From Lepidodermella squamata (Eukaryota > Animalia > Gastrotricha), in NCBI GenBank assembly GCA_047495785.1, contig JBLDXI010000017.1:3286001-3350000 (forward strand): a stretch of 64,000 nt of DNA, given 5' to 3'. The translations under genes were made by a program, and so were the position numbers. The notes below the pieces were generated by a model that saw only the letters and a program-made list of their open reading frames with translations, searched no databases and was not told the origin of the DNA. This document shows positions 13,920 to 27,732 of the stretch, piece by piece (position 1 is the stretch's first letter; each line of letters opens with the position of its first letter).

Positions 13920-16900
13920 CTAGACGAGAAGCTGAGGCCGCGTGGCGCCAAGCCGCTCCTCCTCATATGCACTCTCGATCTGGGATATTTCCTCCCTAAG
14001 TTTCGTGTCGAGCAGTTCCATTTGCGTCGTGTGGAAACGAACGAGCTGTTCGCGCTGCCGCTCGTGCCCCATGACCAGGCGTTTCCGCTCCTCACAAAAG
14101 CGTTTAATATTGGATTCCTTCAGCTCTCGAATCTTTCGGTCCTTCTCCTGCCGGCTGACTGACTTGTCATCGCTGATTTGGCTAACACTTTCCTTCATTT
14201 GCCGCGCTTGTTGAAGCTCGAGATCTTTGAACTCGCGTTCGTGGCGCTGGAAGCGTTCGCGTAACTGCTGCTCCTGTGCCGTAGCTAGCAAGTTTTTCGA
14301 GAATGCCGTCCGGGCTTCGGCTTGCTTGATTTGAACGTCGCGCTCCTCGCGTAAACATCGTTGCATCAGCTCTGCGTATTCATGAGCCTGAACCTCAAGC
14401 GCTGCAGATGTGCTCGAGGCAGTACATTCAACGAGCTGCGAGACAACAGTGCTGGACGTAATGCACCGGTTACCAAGAGCCCCGCCTATCGCACTAGCAC
14501 TGCGAGCACGCAGCATGTCGTTACTCGTACTAGGGCGGATTTTGCGCATCACCGGCGAGTCTTTCGCTTGACCCGGTAGAGATTTGTAATGTTTGTTAGC
14601 CAGATCGAGCTTCTCTCGATTTTGCCGCTTTTTTAACCGTTGCAACTCACGTTGCTGATGGGCAAGCAATTTTTGATAAGATTTGGATTCAGCCTGCAAT
14701 TGCTCGACGCGTAGCATCGTATCAGCCAATTGCTCAGTCGCTGTTGACCCAGACGTTGTTGGCCCAGACGCTGGAGCGATTTTGCGAGGCGTTGGCGATA
14801 TGGAGCTTTCGAGCGGCGATGAATTGCCGCTTTCAAACGGGAAACCATTTGACTCTTGATCGGCAGACGTAGTAAATCGACCAGGTAGGTTACGAATAGG
14901 TATATGACGCCTTCCAGCGAGATTACCCAGCGCTTGCGGATCTTCGAGCCAGTTAGCGAATGCTACAACAAAACAGAGATTAGTTGGTTTTTTCTGCGCT
15001 ATGATTACTTACTTCCGACGTTGTCTGGGACATAAGTGTCAAGCATGAAACGACAGAAAAGCGTGGCTATAGGGAGGGGTACACTGCCTTCGCTCCGCAA
15101 AGAGACGTGGCGGTAGCCAGCTTGGAGACCGTCCAACGGAAGAATACGTTGGCCCAGCAGGCGCCCTGTTTCGTCGTAGACAGCCAGGCGCAGCACCGCC
15201 AGGTCAGGCAGGACGACTTTACGGAATACGTAAGCTCCTGGCAACGGATCGCCATCTAACGCTGGAACATAGACTGGATTGAAGCCGTTCGCTGGAACGA
15301 GGCGGGTTTTGAATTCCTTGCGAATAGTATCAGCTGGAAGACCGTACATATCGACCTCGACGTAGCTGCCAGTGCGACGTTCCGATGTTAAAAACTGAGC
15401 TGATAAAATCTAAAATAACAGCGGAAATGCTTAAAAATTCTTAAAAGACTCTCTTGCTGAAATTGATGATTCACCTGAACCGTGCATGTTGCCGCAATGA
15501 CACCGTCAACCGGAGCTTCGCTGAACGGATTGAAGTTATTGCGATCTGATCGACGAAGGAACTCAGACTTCAGCAAGTACCCAGTGCGACCGTTGTACTC
15601 GAATCGGCCCTGGTTGAGTTGCATGGCAATGTCTAGCGTTTGGAAGTTGAGTGCCACCATTTGGCAGCCAGCTGACCAGAAGACTTGCGGATTAAAATTG
15701 CTCGAATCGTAACGGCTGCCCTTTGGATAAATACGGCTGAACTGCCGCTTGTTGTAGCTGAAATCATAAAATCAAGAAATAAGAATTCCACATGCAAAAG
15801 ATTTGACAGCGATTGACTCAGAAGCTTCAATACAAAGAGAATCTTCAACTACGTCACTTCAAATATTTCCCACTAGAAATCGATCTTATTTATACTCACT
15901 TCACGAATTCGATAGCTTGCTCTTTGAGGAGAGCCAAACCGGCATTTTCATTGAAAGAAGACATGTGATGGTGAATGTTGCGCGCCTCTGCGACATCGAA
16001 CCCTTGAAACTTTATCGGTTGCGTGTAGTTGATCATTGACGACAAGTAAGGGTGCACATTGACGGTTGCGCCTTGGTATTGATAGTTGGCGAGCAGCGCA
16101 GCTTCTTCGGCCGGCGAAAGGCTTGAAATGGCGTTTTTGCGCGCCGAAATGACAGAACGCGCGGCCGAAGTGATGGCCGACGTCACTGAGCTCGGCGATT
16201 TGAGCCCTGATAATCCCGAGCCGACAGCAGTAGAGCTTGGAGAGTCGCGGCCAACCTTGGCGGCTTCGTTGAACATAAGGTCAGCAGAGACGGTAGTAGC
16301 GGGTAATTGCACGCTGGAAGCCTCCGACTGATCGCTGGCAAGTTCGAGCAGCGCCGCGTCGTCGCCAGTCACAACATTGCTCGGGTTTATCACAGATTTT
16401 GCACCGACACTCTTGCGCTGCTCGAACACTGGCTTGGCGACAGAACTGGCCGACGGCGACATCAGCCCGCGTTGCGTCTCACTCTTGCTTGGCTCAGCTT
16501 CAGCAATCTCGGGAAGTAACCCGATTTCGTCGACGTCGGCGGCATTATCATCCGCTTTCAGCAGGCCTTTATGAAACAGCTCCAACTGCTGCCGTTCAAC
16601 CTCCGGCCGAAGTCGCTTATTCTTTATTAGAATTTTGTAGCGAAGCTGGTTCGGCGACGGCAGGGACACGCCCGGGCGCAGAGGATGTGTAGGAAGTGGC
16701 TCGCGAAGCAGCATTTCGCCGAAAATTTCTTCAGCATATTTTGCCAGCTTGTACTGTTGCTGGCGAGAGCAGTGATTTTCAAATGACAGCGTTAATGGAT
16801 AAGGAGAGGTGAGGAAGGCGGTTTCTTTTATTGCTAACAGTGTGTCCTTAAAATAAAAAATCGTGAAATAAACACTAAATTTCTCCCTTGATAAGGCTTC

Positions 16901-19223
16901 ATACCCGGTACGAAATATCTGAGCACATCGCTTTGCCGTGGGTGATAATCGGTTCACCGTTATTGCCATCCCAGCAGTCGAGTTCAACCGATCGGCAGCC
17001 GGAAAGCAGCACCTGCCGGTACATTTCCACCAAGCTCTTGCCGCCGAACTGTAGAAACCAAATATATATGTTGTACGCCTATAGGGAATTTAAGCCTTTA
17101 GGGTATGAGCATTGTATTTAACCAAAATAATAGCCAAACCGCGAGGGTGACTATCGATCATCATATATCAATCGATTGCCGTAATTAAGGGCTATCGATT
17201 GGTGCCAAATCGAATTCCGCGCGGAACTTTTGGAAATATGATTTTTGCCTTCAAAGTTAAAAAAATGCGGAAAATTTGCGTTTATTGGCCAAAACTTGAC
17301 CCTGAGTGTGCCGCGTGGACTTTGATTTGGCATCAATCGATAGCCCTTGATTACGGCAATCGATTGATATATGATGATCGATAGTCACGGTTTGGCCGCT
17401 ATGACAGTTTAAAATATTGCTTATCCCGTATAGGCTTAAGCCTATACCGTATAAGCTTAGATCCTCTATAGGCGTACAACATATATATATATAATAGCCA
17501 AGCAATTTGGAACTATCAAAAACCAGTGAGAATATATTGATCAATTATTATTACCTGCCGTCCAATCAAGTAAGTGTTGTGCGAAGTGGAGATATAATAA
17601 TGTGTAAGCGGCTGGTCCATATCCTGGGAAGGTATGAGCATTTTTATGTCGATCGGATCACTTTCGCTCCTGAAATAAATCAACTTTTTAATCGAAACAT
17701 TTTTAAAGGTTCCAGCTTACAAAATGAACCGCATAAATCCGGTATAAGACAGTTGTCCTCGGCTTCGCATGGCTTCATCGGGTTCATACACGTCAATAAG
17801 CTGCTTAACCTGCTGGTTGCTGAAAAACGGATGGAGAATTTCATTGTGCCGTGGATCTCGCTGATTCTTATTAAGGAAGTTTTTCAGCTGTTCAATTGAA
17901 CACGAGCACTTTGCAAGGTGTGGCGCTGCACTGCCGATGGGCACGTCTTCCTTACCGCATATCGACAAATAAACGGACTCAATTTCAGGTCGTGCACATA
18001 TTCGCTTGTACAACGTGAAAAATTTGTCGAAGGTGAATGCATCCCAATCGACAACGGCGTCATCGAGGGATGACAACCCACCGGTCGACATGGTAGAAAT
18101 TATTCCGCTGTTAGAACTCGACAGCGTGCTGGTGGCAGATGCAGTCAAAGTCGTTGCATTCGATGGAATGGATGATGTGGATAGAGTGTTACTGTTTATG
18201 GAAGTATGACCGGTAAATTGGAACGAAGAGGCGCCGCCTCCGGCGATTAGAGTCGGCGTAGGGGAAGCCAGAGAAGTCATTGAAGGAGTCGACGGTATGG
18301 AAGAAGTCATGGATACTGGTGCTGGAGATGCCGTCAGCGACAACAAGCCAAGTTCTTGCATAGCTGCAATAAAAAAAAACATTTTCGACTAATTATATAA
18401 AATTTGAGCACCGCCAATCCCGATATTCAAAACAACTACGGCATTCTAGGAAATAGCTGATTTTGAGAGACGACTCAAGAAGTATCGAATCAAAGGATTA
18501 ATATTATCAAATCTGGATAAAAATGAACCTTCTAAAACTGTTCGATTGTCGATCGATGAAGACATACTCCCTAGAGCTTTAGCAACAGTTTTTGCGAGCA
18601 GTCGGCCTTGAGCGTCGGTGCTGAGGCGAAGGCGAAGCCAAAGCTTGTACAGTTGCCACATAGGACTGGCGTGAGCAGTCAAACGAATCCAAGGTGAGTG
18701 CACTAGTTTACGAAGACCATCAGTCCATGCCTTAGCTTTAGCGTCGTCGTAAGCCGCCACGAAAATGTAGCTTAGATTGACGAAATCAGTTCCAACGCAT
18801 ATGCACAAGGTACGGTAGTTGAGACTGCCACTGCCTTTCAGCTCAAGATCCCACGCTAGTTGAGCGTCTTTCGGGGAACTACCCTGTCGAATGTCGGAAA
18901 CTTGCAGCAAATCAACGACAACGGCTTCCTTGCCCGGACTTTTCCATACGACAAACAATCCTGAATCATCGACGCGAAACGTGGCATCCATCTCAATAGT
19001 TTGCCCAGAATCCTGTTGAGAACATTATTTCTTAGATAAAATCACCAATATAACAACGCAATAAGCATACGTCGGTCCAGATGTCGAATTTTTCTCCTTT
19101 CAGTAGAAGAGGCGGCACTGCTGGTGGAACTACGACATTAGTGGCAGCCGGCCAATAACTCATAGCTGACGTCATAACTACGTTGCCGCTGGAATTGCTC
19201 ATCGTGCTGCGTAGCGTCGCCAT
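13920..19223 (-). CDS. PLCB: Phosphoinositide phospholipase C beta (PLCB4/norpA-like), multi-exon
   Basis: PH domain, EF-hand region ([12 protein letters not shown]), X box (SFENHC), Y box (SSFNE, VALNFQT), C2 domain ([13 protein letters not shown]), C-terminal coiled coil ending PQLLV. Confidence 0.95.
17062..17488. mobile_element. MITE-like fold-back element(s) in PLCB intron 17049-17554
   Basis: Perfect 23-bp outer inverted repeat (17062-17084 / 17466-17488) in a TA run, plus a near-perfect inner inverted repeat of about 65 bp (17147-17211 / 17324-17388). Confidence 0.8.
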
Positions 19224-22200
19224 GATGGTAAAACGACAGGCTGTTTACCACCGTTTGGTTCTCGCGAAACCAAACAGCAGCAGCTTTTTAAGCGTTGGCA
19301 AGTATTATTGGAATTTTTTATACACAGCTATAGATAGTGAAGAAAAAGAAAACGATTAGAGGCAAAAAAGCAACTCATAGGCATAACAATTATCTAGCCT
19401 CCTAGCGGCTGTTGCGAATAAACGTGATGAATTGTTATTCGAAGCAACAATAATCGAAATATATCGTTGGAGGCGCCTCGCATTTATCCACATTGCATCG
19501 GGTGATGATTGAGGCTCGCAGCGATGATTTTTTCTTAGAATGCGTGCATCGCTCGCCTAAAAACCTATAATATGCAACCTATATGAGAAATGATGAATCT
19601 CGATGAGATGAAGAGCTGGCATAATAATATGATTACAGCACGTTCAATCTAAGCGAAATTTGATCAGGTGTTTTGCACGGTGCGCAGACACGTAGCAATA
19701 GCTGTGTATACGTACATTTCTATAATCCCTCATCGATAAGCTGAAATGCGACACACGCGCCATTTGACAGCATAGGGTGGCACAATTAAATAGAAAAATT
19801 AGCAGATTTTCATTGTTGTGGGGTAGGTTTAAAACACAAGCTGGTCATTTTTTCAAGCATTTTATCGGCGAAATCGCCGCTGATAATTTGAATGATTATG
19901 GTATCAGTAAATGAATTCACAGCTAAAAAAGAACTATGCGGCGTCCCACTCCATATAACGCGCCTAAATATTCCACGCTTGCTAAAATAATAGTAAAAAT
20001 TAGCTGGCAAAAATGCACAAGGGTGCGACTAAAAGTGCTCTATAGCACTGAATGAAAGTTGATATGAAGCTATGCTTTAAAATACGAGGCAAAAGTGGCG
20101 GCTGGGCAAATACAGGTGTTCTCAAGCAGCGGAAAACGACACAGGAAAAAAAATTGGTATTTTACGCGAATAGAATAAACAGAGCTCTCAACAGAAACAG
20201 CGACGTGTTAGTGCAAGCCGCGAACCACCTTTGCTTCAGATCGCATATTCGGTAACAAGCAGGTAATTTTTATTTTATGCGGCAGGGCGTGTTCCATAAG
20301 GGCGAACACGACAGCCATTTTGATAAGGAAACGCGCTGCGTGTATAAGAAACATAGGTCTGGCCGCAGTTTTGGCCGTTGATTTTTTCTCAGCTATATGA
20401 AAGCTAATTGCTGAAAAAGCCTGCTGACTTGGAGTCGAAAAACGGAATTATTTTTAGGATGCGCGAGTACGATAAGCGAGTATGTTCATAGCGATGTTTT
20501 AGGAAAAAAACGCATCATGATGCATGCAAACAGAGAACAGATGATTTCCCGGAGACTTCCCGACGGGCATGTAGGCATTATTTTACACGCAAGACTTCTG
20601 CGCGAATTTAGCGTGTCATTAGTATAATTTAAGATTACTAAAAGCGAAATTCGAATTATCGGAATAATAACAAATGATAAGGAGCCAATGGCTCGTGATG
20701 AATACACAGCTAAAATAATGGCATGACCTTATTACTTACTATATTACTCACCACAACAGCTGCGTATAGATTTCGCGGTCGAGAAAAACGGCTATATAAT
20801 TCTTCCTGTTATAATATAGGCAGCGAAATGGCTTTATAGTGCCGAGCGACGACGTCCGAATATGTGACATGCGCATCATGATGTGTACTTCTAGTTTCTG
20901 GCCGTTATAATTCGTTATAATATCGCAGCACTTCTCCAGATGACTATAAAATAAATGTGCATGTCCTTTTTACTAGTATACGCGGTTAGTTTTTTTTATC
21001 TATTGTGCTCACTTTTGTACATGCTGCTTTGCCGTCGCGCGCTCTCTCACTCGCCCTTTACTCGTCGCGTAGTGTTTTATATTGCGATATAATATTTAGC
21101 ATCATCATCTAGGAACCGCAGAAGACAGAACTGGGGCTTACGCTGCGGATATACGGCATTAATATGGCAAACTGCACTGCAATACAAACAGTTATGCTAT
21201 CTATAAGGACTTCGCAAATTTTATTATGCCTGCTTCTACTGCTTCTACATTATATAGCAGAAAGATAAATTACCGGCCATCTCACCGATTTATCGATTAT
21301 AATCACTGTATTCTACGGATGCGCACCTGCTCGATCATGCCGCAACTAGTCAAAACTTTTCGATGCGAGCTAAACTAACCATAGGAATACGTCTTCGGGC
21401 AGTTGTAGTATATAAATAAAGTTCTTCGGTATGGCTCACAAAAATTAATTCACTGAAAAAGATCCCTGCTATCCTAAAGCAGATTGGAGAATAAAACATC
21501 GGACACGATGTCTTTGAGTCAATGCAGGCACAAAATATAAAGACGTGTGAATTACGCTCCGTACAAAATTATTTTACAGCTGCAAGCTGCGTCTGCATGT
21601 CACATAACTATTTGAAATGCTGATAAATTATGTGAATTATTGGTGAATGGGCGCAAAAAACGTGGCTATTGCTTCATTTGAGATCAGATGAAAAGGCGCT
21701 AGCAATGGCGCATCAATACAGCCCAGGGAAAAATTCACCGCTAATAGAAATTCGTTGCCAAGATATATTTTAATTTCTGCGGTTCATTTATAGCATGGGC
21801 TAAGTTGAACGCTTCGGCTAATAGGGCAATTTTTGGTTATTCTACGATAATGTTCCGTAAAGGAGCGGAAATGGGGAGATGCATATATACTTACGATAGT
21901 ACAACATTTGGGCAGCGGTTTATTGCTGTATATATAACGAATGTATATGTACATAGCCTTGACCATTAAGGGTTCAGCCCACCATAAAACATTCTGTCCC
22001 GAAAGGTAGGATTAATGAAGTCCTTAATCTTATTTTAATTTTGTAAAAATTATACAGCTACAAGCTCTGTATACAAAGCTGACAAATCTGGGCTATATAT
22101 TTCTAAAATAATGTGTGACTGAATTCGTAATGCTTCTGCTGCAATCATCGCAAAGCTGACAAGAAAGAAGCAACACATGGGTCGATCAATGCTTCTCAGT

Positions 22201-24738
22201 GATTAGTTGAGTCTCGTCGTACTGCTTTGCTTGTACGCATGCAGTCTTTCTATGTACACCTTCATAATAAGTGCGATCAGAAATAGTGATTGATATAGAT
22301 TTTGTATTTTCAAAAGTTTAATAAGGAATTATCGTCATATCTGCATATGACACTACAATACTTCGGTGCTGATTTTTGTGCCTCTTGCTATTATACTTAC
22401 AGGTGTATTATGGATCAGTATCCTACGTACTAAAAACGTACATGTCGGTCAAATTAAATGCGCGCTTATGCTGATGACTGATGATGAGATTATTATTTTA
22501 TTTCCATTAGGACTCGAAGAGGACCGGAGCTTTGATTGCAATAATATACTATACAGCATGCGCTCTATAGGCATAGAATAGGTATCAGCAAATCAGCTAA
22601 AAAAATAGTCGATGTAGTGCCGCTTTATTTAGTAGATGCCACTATACAATTCTGTCAGCTTACTCACAATGCGCGTAGAAAGCAGAACGCTGCGGCTGAA
22701 TAGTACTAATTTCCGAATAAGATTCACACGCTTTCCGTGTTAGACATGTTTTAACAAATTACACCAACGCCTTGAGCGATATCCGAGAAATAGACGGTGT
22801 TCGACAGGTGACTCACTTCACCTCTGTGAGAGATGTCTACATCGCCTCTACCAATTCGAATGAAATTGAAATGAATTAACTGGCCAGTCGTTGGGTGGAC
22901 TTTCGATAAAAAAATCGCAGCGCTTCATCGTGTTGAAAATGCTCGTCTATGCGCCTATGCGGCTACGAAATACACTGCGCGAAAAATTTCCGGTCCACTG
23001 TCCGCGATTCGCATGTCAAATTTGTGGAAAACAAATCATGAAATTGTTGCATACTCTTGTAGTATATATACTAGATCCTAGATCTGAAGTCAACGTGTAA
23101 ATTCGAATAAAAGATTTACCGCAGATACAACGTGAAAAACGATCGTTTCTAATTGCAGCGGGCCAGGCATTATTTTTGCGCAGTGTAAAGGTAAAGGAAA
23201 TTAAGCCACCGATACTCATCTGAAAAACCGATGGCAAGCAACTCGTCACTGAAGCCAAAAATTCCCAAGGCTAAAGATCTGTGAATCGCCAGCTCGGTTC
23301 GCTAAGCAGTTTGAAGCCGGATGCTATGAAACTGCGTCAAGCAAAAAAGTAAGTTGAACGGCAAAGCATTTTTTGTTACATCTCTGCCCCTCTCTGACTC
23401 TGACACTGGAAAGTAGCCCAGGCCTAGTCAACGAAAAAGGTCATTCGCCAAGCAGATTGACATTTTCCATTTTAGAAGTTCGACATGAGTCAGATTTGGA
23501 CTTACAGATTACCAAAAGAATAACTGTCATCATAATTACGATGAAATTGTATCAAAATTTACAAGCTATTCTGATGTCTGCTATACTTCAGGAATATGTA
23601 AATATTCTATGTGAAACCGCGGTGATTTCTTTAGCAAATTACATGTGAAACGGCTTTAAAAAAGATTGAGACGAAAAGATTAAAAAAATTTCGCGCAGAA
23701 AAGTCTGCGACAATATATTTAATTAGTTATCCTTCGTGGTGACTAATTTTTATTTAAATTTAATTTAAACGATAAATCATTTTTATTCAGAAAATAGCGA
23801 ATTCTGATGGTCGTGGCGCGCTTTTATGAAACCCCACCTGACCACCTGATGTGGGGCTGGATGCCGGTGAATCCTGCCAAAGCAGCGAAAGGAAAAGCGC
23901 ACGCAATCATGTCAAGATCCAGGACTACTTCATAACAGTCGCTAGTCTTGCCCTCTCGAAAACGTCCGATTCTCTAGACCTCGCTATTTTTCGTCTCGGT
24001 TGAGTCGCTCTGCTTTGACAGTCGTTCCATCGAGCTATTTCGTGATTACCCTGCTGTTCAGGGCTAGCTATCAGGCAAGGTAATTAATCCCTCTTCCGAA
24101 GCTCTACTGATCAGGAAGTGCACTGGCCCCATCATGTTTACCCCCGGGTCTTGTATCTGATCCTGATTTAGACATTTTCGACTAAGCTCTAAGCTCCGAT
24201 GACTAAATTGCTTCGGTCAAAGCTCAAAGCGATGCTCGAAAAGCAGCCAATAAACCGGTCAGGCTAAATACTGCCCAAATAGTAAGTAAGCAATCCACGG
24301 GAACATAATGATCACCATTACCATGCGAGCGGAGCAACTGTAACAGCATGGCTTTGCTCGAATAACACCCCAGCAACTTATGGTTCTATCCCATGGCACG
24401 ACGGCTATGGAATAGCGCAATGAACTTCATTCGTCCAAGGATTTTTGTAATTGATTGTGTCACAAGTTCTGTGTAACGTCATCTCTCTAAAATCAATATG
24501 CTGTTGAACTCATTGGGGCGTAAAGCATCAGCTCTCTTCTCTCTTTTTCTGTTAATAAGAATAGATTGTACCTTACGATTAGCCCTTGATTCTTTAATCA
24601 CCAATCGCCGTTCCAATCTTTTTAATAGCTAAACCCTAAACCTTACCTGTTAAATTCTGACGTTAATCATTTATCCCATTTTGCTTTTTTTAGCTCTATT
24701 TATTTTGGAATTGATTTACCGTACGGGTAATATTTTTC

Positions 24739-27193
24739 ATGGGAATTCAACAGTTGCTGCCTTTCTTGAACAAATGCACTGAACAAGTAAACATATCACA
24801 GTTCGAAGGATGGACAGTTGCGATCGACGCATATTGCTGGCTTCATAAGGGTTGCTATGCTTGCAGCGAAGAGTTACTTTTAGGAACCCCTACAGACAAG
24901 TTAGTTATCTTCTAACTCTGCTTAAAAGCACCTGAAAGCCATGGGTGTATTTCAGATACGTTCAGTATTGCATGAAATTTGTCAACATGCTTTTGCGGCA
25001 CAAGCTGAAGCCGATTCTTGTATTTGATGGGCAAAGACTGAATGCCAAAGCTGATACTGAAGCAGAACGTCAAGAGTTAGCTTGTTTCTATAAAATTACT
25101 TTCATAATTATGGCAGCTATTGTGATGAAGGAAACGCAGATCAGCGGCTAACACTGCTCGCAGATTGTTACTCGATGGCAACCGTTACGAGGCGAAACGA
25201 TATTTGGGCCAAGCTATAAGCGTTACTTCTAAAATGGCACATGACGTCGTTGAGGTGAGTTTGATTTTCGGATCTTTACAACCTGCATGCCCATATCAAA
25301 TCTTTCTAGGCATGCCGCTCGGTCGGCGTGGATTGCATTGTTGCTCAATATGAAGCTGATGCTCAATTAGCCTATTTGTCTTTATCTGGAATTGTTAACC
25401 TCGTTATCAGTGAAGATTCGGATTTGCTTGTTTTTGGCTGTCGAAGGGTAAATGTTTAGCAATGATATGATGAAGATGGCTCATAGATTAGTTTACAATT
25501 GTCAGGTACTTTTTAAACTCGATCTCAGTGGTCGCGGCGAGCTCATAGAGCAGGACCGGCTAGGTGAAGTCTTTGGTGCCGACTTCTCATTCGAAAAGTT
25601 CCGCTACATGTGCATATTATCTGGTTGTGATTATCTGGATGGCGTTGAAGGCGTAGGATTGAGCAAAGCTCTTCGCGTATTTCGGCGTGCCAAGCAAGGC
25701 GACATTAGAAAAGTTCGTATTTCCGCTTTAGGTTCAAAACATCTAACATTAATAATGTTCAGGTGCTGGCGAATCTCTCCGGTTACTTGGGACGAGCCGT
25801 TCCACTACGCCCAGGCTACATTGACGCTTTTGTGAACGCGAATAACACGTTTCTTTATCAGATGGTTTTTGACCCGATCGAGCGCTGCGTTAGACCGTTA
25901 AACCCCAGGCCTAAGCACATTACTTCCGCAGATCTGCCTTTTGCTGGAAAGTGAGTCCCAAATACTTTTAATTCTCCAGTAGAAATTCTTCCTTTGAATT
26001 AAGGGAGTTGGATGATGTCACCGCATTCAACCTCGCTGTAGGAAATATAGACCCATCGAACCTCCGGCCGTTTGAAGGTATTTCCACGTGGAACCCTCCA
26101 CAGAATCGCTCGAGCATTTGGAGCCCTGGTGAGTCAGGTTACGAATGCATAGATTGTTAGAGCTTGAGTTTTTCAGATTATCAACTCCCTAAAACTCCAC
26201 CGCGGAAAAACGCAACCAACTCAGTGACGAAAACTGTCGTGAACTCGTCGGTTGTGTTAGCCGATTGGGGCACAGTTGGGACCGTTAAATCATCATCTAC
26301 AGCTTCTTTCAGCGTCTCTCAAAGTGATAATGACCGGAAACGCAAAGTTTCTACGTCTGGTAATTTTTGTAATTTCTCGTTTAAATATGTTAGAGTTTTT
26401 TTTCAGTTGAGATTGCTACATCGCTACAAACTGGAAAATATGCTAAGATGGATGCGATAGTTATAGAGGAATCTGATACTGAAGAAGCTGAATGTCCAGA
26501 ATTAACAGCACTCTCTGCCACTCCATCCTCGCCTACAATAATGAGTCAGACCAGTCGAATTATTCGTAGAAGTTTTGCCTCGGCTTCACACGCCAGAAAT
26601 GACACGCCTTCTGACATTTGCGATTTGGTCATGACTCCGCCTGCAACGCAGCTTTCAAACGTATCACAAGCCAGCCCATTCTCTGCCAGTCCTTATTTTC
26701 CTACTAAAACGTCAAAGTCCAGCCAGAATTCGCCTGCCTTGACGCCAGGTGGTTTATCTGCTCGCCTGGCTGCGAAGAGGCAGCACTGCCAACAAGAAGC
26801 TGGCATAGGTTTCCAGTCTCAAATGAGTGTAGGCATCGTATCTCCTGAACCTGCAAAGTTATCGAAACTCAATCCGCGCGACAGCAACTCAGGCGAGCCT
26901 ATTGCAGCCGCTCTCCTACTTACTTCCTCAGAAGCCATATCAGAACCCGAAGTGGCTAAATCATGTAATGAAAACGAAATGGAAACGACTAAGTTCGATA
27001 AAACTGCGGAGAAGGAATCATGCATTACTAAAGGTTTGCTATTTGATTTTCACTACTCAATTTGCTAATTTTATCACCTTCAGAAGCTGCGTTGGAATCG
27101 CCGAAGGCACTTAATTCGAACCAAAATCCAGCCGTGCGTGGTGGCGGAGTGCGATTGCTGTTGGAAAAATTCGCTTTCAAAACTGCGAAGTGA
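24739..27193 (+). CDS. EXO1: Exonuclease 1 (XPG/RAD2 family), multi-exon
   Basis: [73 protein letters not shown]. Long disordered C-terminus ending [11 protein letters not shown] (PIP-box-like). Confidence 0.95.
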
Positions 27194-27732
27194 TTGCAGT
27201 AATGAATTCCATGCTCAGTGCCGTGATCTTTCCCAATCAAAAAGCGTTGCAATTTTTTATGGTAGCTTGTTTTCTCATTATTGGTTTTATGTGACGAAGG
27301 TTGAAATAATAAAACTCCCTGCAGGATTTGTTCAAAATTTGGACTTTCAGAAAATGAAAGTTTGACTCCGCTTTTTATATCGGATATTGGATTATGAGGC
27401 CTAACTACCGTTGGCTAAAGTTGATTAGCATGCGCATAACTAGCGACAGTCAATGCGAGAGAATAATCAATACTATTAGAATTTTCTCAGCTATACCTAT
27501 CGTCGGTTTACTTTTGTCTCGCATGTGAATACGTTACCTAGGAGAGACCCGTGCCTTCATTCACGCGATATTAATACCACATTGAGCGTGTTTTTTTCAG
27601 ACTTGGTTATTATCTTGGTGTACTTATCTATACCCAGTGCTAAACCCCAAATTCACCTGGCGTGCCTTTCACGTAATTTGGCCAACAGAAATCATTCCGT
27701 AATTTTTGCGTATAGATAAATTCCATCAAATC

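Noticed and set aside
23910-24290. In-frame TAA/TAG codons hinting at stop-codon reassignment
   Set aside because: All well-supported genes in the window lack internal stops and end with TAA, TAG or TGA, so the code is standard.
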